From the NCBI GenBank assembly GCA_031286285.1, contig JAITUN010000100.1:222-64221 (forward strand): a DNA stretch of 64,000 bases. The letters are read 5' to 3'. Shown here in pieces: positions 32,145 through 41,014 of the stretch; position 1 is the stretch's first letter, and each line of letters begins with the position of its first letter. Under the pieces are notes generated by a model. It had not been told where the DNA came from and did not search any database. It saw nothing but the letters and a program-made list of their open reading frames with translations. Source of the stretch: Bacteroidales bacterium. GTDB taxonomy: Bacteria > Bacteroidota > Bacteroidia > Bacteroidales > WCHB1-69. Position numbers and translations under genes: made by a program.

Positions 32145-33809
32145 TTACCTACTTATAATAAGTTTTCTGTTTGTAACAGATCCATCATAGGATACTTGGA
32201 TGATATAAATTCCGTTTACAAATTCTTCAACACTGATCGTTGTTTGTTCGGTTTTGATAACAGAACTATAAACTCTTTTGCCTGTGATTTCGGTAATGTT
32301 TACACTTGAACCTATTGGCAAATGATAGATTGTAATATTTTCTTTTGCAGGGTTCGGGACGATTGTCCACAAAATCTGCATGAACTCTTCATTTCCTTCA
32401 CTTTCGCTTTTGCTTGCTTCAGCGGTGTTCCCATAACAGCCGAGATTAACCCGACTGCCGTTAGGTTGCGGTTCTTTCGAGAAATCAGAAGAGGGGTTTC
32501 CTGCATCAATCGCAGGACTATTTACGCCATCTTTGACAAATTGTCCGGTGGAGGGATCATAACGTCCGTTTTTCGATTTTACGTGAAAATCTCCGTTCGA
32601 AGCATCTGCAAACAAAGGGTCGGAAGAAAAGTTACCCGTACCTGTGAACCCTTGTTGTGTGAGCGTGTAATTGACAGTTAGCTCTGTATGTGCCTCACCT
32701 TCGGTTACAAGTTCAAAATCTTTGCTGTTGTTCCAAAAAATACAGTTTTGAACATGCGCAATGCTCTCCTGCACAAACAACGCGGCTTCTCCTGCATCTG
32801 TTGCGTTTTCGGAAACCGTACAATTATCCATATATAAGACAGACGGATTGTAGTTGTAGTCAGCATCAACGTAAATTGCCGAACCGCTTTTTTCGGTTTT
32901 ATTGTTGTAGAACAATTCGTGTTCCATTTTCACTTTTCCTGCTTCATCTATGAAAACCGCTCCGCCTCTTGATGGCGCTTGATTGTTTCGCCAAACATTG
33001 TGAGAGAGTGTAATCAATTTAGTTGTGTCATAGTTGAAAACCAAAATTCCTCCTCCCCAACCGTAATCATAGGCTGCTGCGGCAATGTTTCCATCGAAAA
33101 TATTTTCAGTAATTGTTCCTGTTCCATTGATGATTACTCCTCCTGCATGATCTCCGTAGCCCGTGTTGTTTTCAATTCGGTTGCAGGCAATGACGAAATT
33201 GTCAGGGGCTCCGCTTGTTACCCCGATTGCCGCTCCACGCCCCGACTTGTTGTTTCGTATGATATTGTTTTTAATGGTTACATCGTTTCCTTCTAAACCA
33301 ATTCCACCGCCACGCTTATCGGTGTCCTGAGTTCCATTGTTTTCAATGATGTTGTTTTCGATCGTAATGTTGTTTAAAAATCCAGAATATTCTCCGGAAA
33401 GTTCAATTCCGCGCTGACCGTTTTGAATAGTAAAACCGGAAATTATCAATGAACCGGAAATTGCCTGTGCATCAATGTAAACTAAAATACATGGCGCTGC
33501 AATCGTTCCATTGATAATAGTTATATTAGCTTGTGGATCAGCAGAATCAAAAATTCCGTTACCAGCAAAACCACCGAGCAACTGTACTTTTTTCTGTGAA
33601 ATCTGCACGGCTTCGGAATAGGCGCCTTTCGCAACTTTGATGATATCGCCATTTGAGGCTGCGTTAACTGCTGCCTGAATAGTGCGGTAGGGATTCGACG
33701 GAGTCCCATTTTCAGAACCGCTTGAATTGCAATCCACACAAATGTAGTTTTGACTAAGTACTGTAAAACAATAGATGAAGAAACTGAAAAATAAAATTGT
33801 TTTTTGCAT
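32145..33809 (-). CDS. T9SS-sorted right-handed parallel beta-helix (pectate-lyase-fold) protein
   Basis: Signal peptide. NGTPSNPYRTIQAAVNAASNGDIIKVAKGAYSE (DUF1565-like start). Repeated NN-I-x-N-N beta-helix rungs. C-terminal sorting domain IVPNPAKENITIY...NGIYIIQVSYDGSVTNRKLIISR. Confidence 0.75.
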   Translation of the reverse strand: MQKTILFFSFFIYCFTVLSQNYICVDCNSSGSENGTPSNPYRTIQAAVNAASNGDIIKVAKGAYSEAVQISQKKVQLLGGFAGNGIFDSADPQANITIINGTIAAPCILVYIDAQAISGSLIISGFTIQNGQRGIELSGEYSGFLNNITIENNIIENNGTQDTDKRGGGIGLEGNDVTIKNNIIRNNKSGRGAAIGVTSGAPDNFVIACNRIENNTGYGDHAGGVIINGTGTITENIFDGNIAAAAYDYGWGGGILVFNYDTTKLITLSHNVWRNNQAPSRGGAVFIDEAGKVKMEHELFYNNKTEKSGSAIYVDADYNYNPSVLYMDNCTVSENATDAGEAALFVQESIAHVQNCIFWNNSKDFELVTEGEAHTELTVNYTLTQQGFTGTGNFSSDPLFADASNGDFHVKSKNGRYDPSTGQFVKDGVNSPAIDAGNPSSDFSKEPQPNGSRVNLGCYGNTAEASKSESEGNEEFMQILWTIVPNPAKENITIYHLPIGSSVNITEITGKRVYSSVIKTEQTTISVEEFVNGIYIIQVSYDGSVTNRKLIISR

Positions 33810-34243
33810 AGAACTAAAATTAATATTAATATGATAATTTTTTCAAATATACAACACTTTTCCTTCCACATTTTCATACCCCATCTCCCGAATAGCCTCG
33901 CAATACCGATCAATTTGCTCTTTGTGTGAAGCATTCGGCTCCCCTGTTTTATAATCAATAACTACTGCACAATCTTCAAAAAGCACTACTCTGTCGGGGC
34001 GCAGCAAGTTTCCGTTTGGAAACAATATGGAGGTTTCGTTCAAAACTTTAGCATTTGAAGCAAAATAAGGCGCAAGAGTTTTGTCGTTCAAGATTTTATT
34101 AAAAATTTGGACCAAATGTTCTTTGTAGGGTTCTTCTACATTTTGCACAACAAAAGCGATCTCTTCATCATTTTGCGGAAAAACGGTTAATGAGGAGAGA
34201 AAATTGTGGATGAAAAGACCGTACTCGGCTTGCGGGGAGAATT

Positions 34244-34288
34244 GAGTAGTAAGTAGTGAGTAGTGAGTAGTGAGTAGTGAGTAGTGAG
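34244..34288. repeat. Heptanucleotide tandem array (GAGTAGT)x6.4 inside the helicase-nuclease gene
   Basis: GAGTAGT AAGTAGT GAGTAGT x4 GAG counted directly. On the minus strand it encodes LTTHYSLLTTHYLLL. Confidence 0.95.
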
Positions 34289-34296
34289 ATTTTCTA

Positions 34297-34352
34297 CTTT
34301 TGTACTTTCGTGCTTTCGCGCTTTCTTGCTTTCTGCTTTCTGCTTTCTCTCT
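34297..34352. repeat. Degenerate 7-8-nt array (GCTTTCN)x~7 adjacent to the heptamer array
   Basis: TACTTTC GTGCTTTC GCGCTTTC TTGCTTTC TGCTTTC TGCTTTC TCTCTTC. It encodes the Lys/Glu-rich stretch KGEERKQKAESKKARKHESTK. Confidence 0.8.
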
Positions 34353-36729
34353 TCTCCTTTTTCCATCCGGTAGTCTCCCAAATACTTACTATAATTCCCT
34401 TTTTTTGCTGCTTCATTTTCGGTAATAATATGCAACTCACTGCGGGCGCGGGTTTGGGCAACATACAGCATATTTAACTTGTCTGTATAGGTTTTCCTTT
34501 TTTCCTCGTCATATCTGTATCTGAAACGTTCAGGCGTTCCCTTGTCGGTTAGGGTAACCCAATCATATTCTAAACCGGTAACAACCTCATCGTCATGAAG
34601 AAGAATATCAGGTTTGGTATAGAAATTGTGGTGTCTCTTGAATGGGAAAATCACAACCGGATATTCCAACCCTTTCGATTTATGTATGGTTGAAACTGTT
34701 ACGGCATCAATTCCCGGAGGAGTGGAAAGTGTTATTTCACATCCTTTCTCTTCCCACCACTCCAAAAACAGTGGAATTGTACCGTTACTCTTTGTGATAA
34801 AATCTTCAGTTTCATCTAATAATCTCATTAAAAACGGATTGCCTACAGAAAAAGAATAAATGCGAAATATTTCATTAATTAAAGTAAACAAAGGCACCGA
34901 AGCTATTTTTTGTCTATCAATATCCATATGATTATCTGATAACAATTGCTGAAACTGTTCTTCAGTTTGTACATATTTAATGTTCTCTTCCAAAAGTAAG
35001 TTGTTTAGTTTTGCAAGATAATGGATGATTGCCAATTTCGCCAATCTGTTCTCTTCGGAAACCAAATATTGCAAGGTGGCGATAACCACATTAATTTCTG
35101 AGGATGCAGACAATTGCAATGACTGTACAGAAATAATGGGAATATCTTCGGCAATTAGAAAAGCGCCGATTTTGCTTGCCAAGTCATTACTACTCACTAA
35201 TACTGCAATATCCTTGTATTTATATCCTCTGTCCAATGCATCCAAGAGGGTTTCCAATACAGGCTCAAACACAAATTCTTGAAACGGACGATGGTCATCC
35301 TCTTCCTGAAAACATACAGTTACTATTCCATCCTCTTTAGAATTACATTTCTGTTCTACATCTTCGTAAAAACCTTTTGCTTCTTCAAAAGAATCAACAT
35401 GGTTGGTTAAAAAGTTAAAAAACTCATTATTAAAATCTACCACTTTTTTTGAGGAGCGATAATTGGTATCTAACAACTCCACACGATAATCTTTATCTTG
35501 TATAGCGTATGGCAACACGGCATCTTTATATCCCTCAATTTTAGAAAGTTTCTGTAAGATATCCGCATCTCCGTTGCGAAAACGATAGATTGCCTGTTTT
35601 ACATCGCCAAAAAGAAACACTTGTCCTTGTTCATTAAATTTGTTATTTCCTGATAATGCGTTTTTAATCAGCGGAATCATATTCTCCCATTGTAGTTTGG
35701 AAGTATCTTGAAACTCATCAATAAAAAAGTAGGAATATTGATTTCCAATTTTTTCATAGATAAAAGGGACATCATCCTCATTGCTAATTTTTTCATTTAC
35801 CAAAGCATTGGTTTCCGAAAGATAAAAGCGGTTGTCTTGCGCTTTAATTTCATCCATAATTATCTTTAAATCAAACAACAATGCCAATTGAAAGAGATTT
35901 CTTTTAAAAAAAGCGATCTCTTTTTCCTCCTCTTTCAGGGTTTGATAAGCCTCAGATTTTTTTTCTTCTTTTGTATTAAAGTTTTTCAATTCGGTTTTAA
36001 TTCGGGCAGCCTCCCGATTCATCTTTTTCTTAGCTTGTTCGAAATTCTTGTTATCCGATTCCTGTAGTTTTTTTAAAGGAAGATAGACCTCCTCTTCTGT
36101 ACTCATTTTTAATAACTTCAGCAATTCCCATTCTATTTTCCATTTACCTTTATCCAACATCAAATTTTCTACTAAATCCAACACACGATTAGCAAGTTGT
36201 GTGTTATTTTTAGAGATTCGGTGTAATAAAACGGTAATGGTTTCTGTAAAAAAATCAGCCGTTTCAATCTCTAAGTTAAACTGTGTATTTAGTCCAAACT
36301 CTAACGCAAAAGCTCTTAAAATGCGTTGAAAAAAGCTGTCAATGGTACTGATAGAAAAGCGGTCATAATCATACAATATCTTCTGAAGCAAAATTTTCGA
36401 TTGTTTTTTGATATAATTGAATCTTTCGGATTCAGTTGAATGTTTAGCAATATTTTCAACAACCTGATTATATGTATGAAAGTATTTTGAAGAAGATCTA
36501 ATTTCTGTTTCAAAGGCAAAATAAGAGAGGGTATCCACGATACGCGATTTCATTTCGGCAGTGGCGTTGTTGGTAAAAGTGATGGCAAGTACGTGGCTGT
36601 ACTTTTCGGGCTGTGGCAAACACAACGACAAGTATTCCACCACTAAACGAGAGGTTTTTCCTCAACCGGCGGAGGCTTTGTATAGGGTGAACATGTTAGG
36701 AACTGTGATTCTTTTGTTTTTTGCGAGAG

Positions 36730-36737
36730 CAAAAATA
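36730..36737 (-). promoter_or_regulatory. -7 promoter box (TATTTTTG on minus strand) for the helicase-nuclease gene
   Basis: CTATTTTTGCTCTC on the minus strand, 36 nt upstream of the ATG at 36694. Confidence 0.4.
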
Positions 36738-36793
36738 GATTATTTTCATTAAAACAACCGGATTGCCTGCATTTTTTGGAAGCAATATTTAAT

Positions 36794-37678
36794 CTACAAA
36801 TATAGCTCGTCTCTATTCAACTTAATATATCTGTTAACAGATAAAAAAGACACAAACAGGGTGAATAAAATTGAAAAAACAAATAAGGATATAAGGAGTA
36901 ATGCAATTTGGTTAATATATTGAAAATCTACAAATTCCGGCAAAATCACACGACCTAATAATAGGGTTAGAGCCACTAAGATTGAAGCAAATCCGCCACC
37001 CCAAACTCCTTGAACAAATCCATTAGCCAAAAAAGGCTTTCTAACAAATGCTCGTGTAGCTCCAATTAATAACATACTTCTGATACTAAAACGTTTAGAA
37101 TAGATATTTAATCGAATAGAGTTTCCAATTAACATCATGGAGATTAGCATAAACAATGTACAAATTACTACAATTGCCATTTGCACTTTAATAAAGTTAT
37201 CTAACACTGTTTTCACTAATGCTTCGGGGTATTCTACATCCTGTACATTAGCATTTTGTTTTATTTTTTTGACCACTGCTTTGATGGAATCTCCATTAGC
37301 ATATTCGGGAGTAACATTAAGAAGGATTGAAGCATTTATTGGATTAACGATAATTTCGGTAAAGTCATTGCCAATAGTTTTAATAGCTTCAGCTGTATTT
37401 TCTTCTTTTGAGTAAAAGCGAGATTGAGAAATATAAGGTTCCATTTTAAGCCTTTGTTCAAGAGTCACAATATCTGCTTCTTTTACATCGGAATAGAAAA
37501 GTATTTCCATTTCAACTTTTTGGGACAGGTTTTGGATATATTTCATTGAGAAGAAAGCAAAAAACACCAATGTACCAATAAAAAACATTGCAAGCGCAAT
37601 ACTCAATATTGAACCAATAGCTGAGAAGAAAAGTCTTGTACGCGTAATTCGGTCTAAAGAAGATTGAGAAGACACCAT
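36794..37678 (-). CDS. ftsX: Cell division permease-like protein FtsX
   Basis: 294 aa with FtsX topology: TM1, a periplasmic domain, then three C-terminal TMs. IGNSIRLNIYSKRFSIRSMLLIGAT is typical of FtsX. Confidence 0.8.
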   Translation of the reverse strand: MVSSQSSLDRITRTRLFFSAIGSILSIALAMFFIGTLVFFAFFSMKYIQNLSQKVEMEILFYSDVKEADIVTLEQRLKMEPYISQSRFYSKEENTAEAIKTIGNDFTEIIVNPINASILLNVTPEYANGDSIKAVVKKIKQNANVQDVEYPEALVKTVLDNFIKVQMAIVVICTLFMLISMMLIGNSIRLNIYSKRFSIRSMLLIGATRAFVRKPFLANGFVQGVWGGGFASILVALTLLLGRVILPEFVDFQYINQIALLLISLFVFSILFTLFVSFLSVNRYIKLNRDELYL

Positions 37679-37682
37679 AGTT

Positions 37683-38600
37683 TTATTTTAATTCAAAAAA
37701 AGTTTCTCCAAGAAACTGTTCTTCAGTGTAAAGTTGGACGATATATTTTCCTTTCAGTGCTTTATCCCCTTCAACCAAATCCCAGGAAATAGTAACAGTT
37801 TCGGCTTTATTATCATAATTTACTGTTTTTTTTGCTGAGTACTGTAATTTTTCTCCTTCATAATCGAAAGCGAAAGCATCTCCGGAGCCGAGTGTTAAAA
37901 TTCTCCCTGAACCGGGAACGGCAATACGGCAATAAATAGTAACCGGTCCTGCTGGGATTAAAGCATTAGAGCCTAAAATAAAAGTCGTTTTCAACTGATC
38001 GACACGATTGGCTTTTTCAGTAATCACTTCTTCTTTATTTTTGTTTTTAAAGTATATAGCTCTACTGTTGATATTGTATGCCTGATGAACTGCAGCAGTA
38101 CTAAGGGTTTGCCCTAACTCCTCGTTATCTTTTTTTATCGCTTGAATCTCTTTTTTTGATTCTTCTAAGTCTGCTCTAACTTGCTTGTTTTCTTCTTTCA
38201 ATTGTTTATTTTCTGTATACAATTGGTCTATCTCCTCCACATATTCTTTTGTAATATTTTGCAATCTTTCTAGTTGACGTTTAATCTTACTATAATCAGC
38301 ATGCTGGTCAATAAGTTTTTTTATTTCGACTGCATTAGATAAGATAACACTGTCTTTTTCAGATAGTTGTTCCGACAAGTCTCCATATTCTTGTTTAATT
38401 CGTTCATGTTCATTCAAAACTGAATCCAACTCTGATTGCAAAAAATCGTTTTTTAAAGTTTTATTAATATACTCCTTATTGAATATCGGTTCTGCAAAAA
38501 AGCTAAAGTAAATTGTAGTAAAAAGAAATACTGAAGCTAATACAGACAATAGAATTACCCATTTTTTTAATGGATTTCTTTCATTTTTTTGCTCATTCAT
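37683..38600 (-). CDS. Membrane-anchored coiled-coil protein, function unknown
   Basis: One N-terminal TM (WVILLSVLASVFLFTTIYFSFF), ~150 aa of heptad-rich E/K/Q/L sequence, and a C-terminal ~120-aa beta-rich domain. Its stop lies 4 nt from the ftsX start. Confidence 0.6.
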   Translation of the reverse strand: MNEQKNERNPLKKWVILLSVLASVFLFTTIYFSFFAEPIFNKEYINKTLKNDFLQSELDSVLNEHERIKQEYGDLSEQLSEKDSVILSNAVEIKKLIDQHADYSKIKRQLERLQNITKEYVEEIDQLYTENKQLKEENKQVRADLEESKKEIQAIKKDNEELGQTLSTAAVHQAYNINSRAIYFKNKNKEEVITEKANRVDQLKTTFILGSNALIPAGPVTIYCRIAVPGSGRILTLGSGDAFAFDYEGEKLQYSAKKTVNYDNKAETVTISWDLVEGDKALKGKYIVQLYTEEQFLGETFFELK

Positions 38601-38653
38601 AAAAGATAATTTTAAGAAACAACGGATATTGATGGGAAAAAGTATATTCGGTA

Positions 38654-39436
38654 TTAATTGATTCCTCTTATTTTTTTTATTCTTTCATACGCTTCATTTA
38701 ATTTTGCAAACCGTTCTTCTGCAGCTTTTCTAATCTCATCTCCTAAATGGTTCACTTTGTCAGGATGATGTTTCATTGCCTGTTTTCGATAGGCTTTTTT
38801 TACTTCATCGTCGGTTGCGGAAGAATCAATTTCAAGCACCTTGTAGTCGTTCTCAAGAGTTTGTGTTTGTCTATAATTTGTTGAAGATGAATAATAGTCA
38901 CTTCCACCCACATTACTCTGCCATCCGAAAAACATCGCTTTCAATGATTCAAAATCACGGTCTGAAATACCCATTCCACGAGAAATAAATCTGATTGTCT
39001 CCATTTCCGAATGCGCAACCGATCCATCTGTAGCAGCAAGGCCAAAGAGAAATTGCAACATCATCAATTTTTCATGAATGGATGCTTTTCTGCCAAAATC
39101 TTGTGCTATCGAATAAATATCATATTCTTCATTTAACATATCGCGAAGTACTAATAGCGCTTCCTGGGTTCTTTCAAATCCCAATATTCTTAATAAATAG
39201 GCTCTTACAAAATCCAGTTCTGAACGTACCATTTTACCATTGTCCGATTTTACCACTGCAGTAGTAAAAACGAGTAAGTTCTTAATAAAATCGTCTCTAG
39301 AAGTAGTTCTTCTATTGAAGATTATTCTTGTTTTTCTTGAAGAATCTAGAAATCCACCAATAATAAATCCTAATAATCCGCCCCAAAAACTGCCGCTAAT
39401 GATCCATCCAAGAATTAATCCGATAAGTCTAAACAT
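38654..39436 (-). CDS. DjlA-like co-chaperone (N-terminal TM, TerB-like domain, C-terminal J domain)
   Basis: C-terminus YKVLEIDSSATDDEVKKAYRKQAMKHHPDKV, a J domain with HPD. The central region resembles the TerB fold. Glycine-rich N-terminal membrane anchor. Confidence 0.75.
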   Translation of the reverse strand: MFRLIGLILGWIISGSFWGGLLGFIIGGFLDSSRKTRIIFNRRTTSRDDFIKNLLVFTTAVVKSDNGKMVRSELDFVRAYLLRILGFERTQEALLVLRDMLNEEYDIYSIAQDFGRKASIHEKLMMLQFLFGLAATDGSVAHSEMETIRFISRGMGISDRDFESLKAMFFGWQSNVGGSDYYSSSTNYRQTQTLENDYKVLEIDSSATDDEVKKAYRKQAMKHHPDKVNHLGDEIRKAAEERFAKLNEAYERIKKIRGIN

Positions 39437-39535
39437 GACTGTAAGTTATTAGGGTAAATATTTAAGAAAAAATAGGGTTAAATAGATCTAAGTTTTAAGG
39501 TTTTAAAGTTTTCGTGAGAAGATTACATTAATATT

Positions 39536-40870
39536 CTATCTTCTGCCCTGGGTGTTCAACATATTCATCAATCCTTTAGCCTTCCCTGCAGAAACCATTT
39601 GCATCATCTTACGCATATCATCAAATTGTTTAATTAGTTTGTTTACATCTTGAACATCAGTTCCGCTACCCATAGCAATACGTTTTTTACGATTTCCATT
39701 CAGCACGTCTGGATTTGAGCGTTCGTAAGGAGTCATGGATAAGATTATGGCTTCAACACTTTTAAAGGCATTGTCGTCAATCTCCATATCTTTTATGGAT
39801 TTTCCTATGCCTGGGATCATGCCCATCATATCTTTCAGGTTCCCCATTTTTTTTATTTGTGAAATTTGACTTAAAAAGTCATTAAAATCAAATTGGTTTT
39901 TTGCTAATTTTCGTTGTAATTTAATCGCTTCTTCTTCATCAAACTGCTCTTGTGCTTTCTCAACAAAAGAACGAATATCTCCCATTCCTAGAATTCGTTC
40001 AGCCAAACGATCAGGGTGAAAGACATCTAAAGCATCCATCTTTTCACCTACCCCAATAAATTTGATAGGTTTGTTTACTACCGATTTTATAGATAAGGCT
40101 GCTCCTCCTCTTGTATCTCCATCCATTTTTGTAAGAATAACGCCATCAAAATTGAGTTTGTCATTAAATGCTTTTGCAGTATTCACAGCATCTTGTCCCG
40201 TCATTGCATCTACAACAAACAGTATTTCATGAGGATTAACGGCATTTCTAATATTTTCGATTTCGTCCATCATTTCTTGGTCAATAGCAAGCCGTCCTGC
40301 CGTATCAATGATAACGGTACTAAAGCCCCAATCTTTGGCGTACTGTACTGCACGTTTGGCAATATCCACAGGCTTTTTTGAATTTTCATCGGTAAACACA
40401 TCTACTTCAACCTGTTCTCCTAACACTTTAAGTTGATCTATCGCCGCTGGCCTATACACATCGCATGCTACTAACAGGGGTTTTTTCCCTCGTTTATTTT
40501 TCAACATCCTGGCTAATTTCGCTGCGTGTGTAGTTTTACCAGAACCTTGCAACCCTGCCATCAAAATAATAGAAGGATTTGACTTAACATTAATATCCAC
40601 AGCTTCACGACCCATCAATTCTATCAACTCATCATAAGTAATCTTCACCATAAGTTGGCTAGGAGATACAGCTTTTAACACATTCTGTCCCAAGGCTTTT
40701 TTCTTTACTTCATCAGTAAAGTCTTTAGCAATCTTGTAATTTACATCAGCATCCAATAAAGCTTTTCTAACTTCTTTCATCGTTTCCGCTACATTAATCT
40801 CTGTAATATAGCCTTGACCTTTTAATACTTTAAATGCACGATCTAATTTGGAACTTAAACTTTCAAACAT
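39536..40870 (-). CDS. ffh: Signal recognition particle protein Ffh
   Basis: 444 aa, GLQGSGKTT, DTAGR, TKMDGD, and a Met-rich M domain (MGNLKDMMGMIPGIG). Confidence 0.97.
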   Translation of the reverse strand: MFESLSSKLDRAFKVLKGQGYITEINVAETMKEVRKALLDADVNYKIAKDFTDEVKKKALGQNVLKAVSPSQLMVKITYDELIELMGREAVDINVKSNPSIILMAGLQGSGKTTHAAKLARMLKNKRGKKPLLVACDVYRPAAIDQLKVLGEQVEVDVFTDENSKKPVDIAKRAVQYAKDWGFSTVIIDTAGRLAIDQEMMDEIENIRNAVNPHEILFVVDAMTGQDAVNTAKAFNDKLNFDGVILTKMDGDTRGGAALSIKSVVNKPIKFIGVGEKMDALDVFHPDRLAERILGMGDIRSFVEKAQEQFDEEEAIKLQRKLAKNQFDFNDFLSQISQIKKMGNLKDMMGMIPGIGKSIKDMEIDDNAFKSVEAIILSMTPYERSNPDVLNGNRKKRIAMGSGTDVQDVNKLIKQFDDMRKMMQMVSAGKAKGLMNMLNTQGRR

Positions 40871-40925
40871 TTTTTCAGCAGTTAATGATTATTATTGATG
40901 ATTAATTTCATTTTTTTTCGGGGGG

Positions 40926-40933
40926 CAAAAATA
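40926..40933 (-). promoter_or_regulatory. -7 promoter box (TATTTTTG on minus strand) for ffh
   Basis: CTATTTTTGCCCC on the minus strand, 56 nt upstream of the ATG at 40870. Confidence 0.45.
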
Positions 40934-41014
40934 GTTTTTTTACGTTTATTTTTTGTACGAAAATTTTTACTTTTTTTTTATCCTTATTCTTCACAAAATC
41001 CTATTTTCGCCGCC

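Larger units (their letters stand above)
33843..36694 (-). pseudogene. Disrupted UvrD-like helicase / PD-(D/E)xK nuclease (AddA/RecB-like) gene
   Basis: The ATG at 36694 gives MFTLYKASAG-TGA-GKTSRLVVEY, a stop at 36662-36664 inside Walker A. The 818-aa ORF carries LAITFTNNATAEMKSRI, FIDEFQDTS and LLYVAQTRARSEL. The nuclease domain (RPDRVVLFEDCAVVIDYKTGE) lies in a different frame downstream of a heptamer array. Confidence 0.8.

Noticed and set aside
33521-33958. 145-aa ORF spanning the beta-helix gene start and the nuclease fragment end
   Set aside because: It overlaps two better-supported coding regions in another frame, and its sequence has no motifs.
36662-36664. In-frame TGA in the helicase Walker A as evidence for an alternative genetic code (TGA as a sense codon)
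   Set aside because: TGA works as a genuine stop elsewhere in the window. It ends obg at the expected length (58348-58350) and ends the first partial cargo gene (78-80). The same gene also carries a frameshift. A nonsense mutation or sequencing error is the simpler reading.
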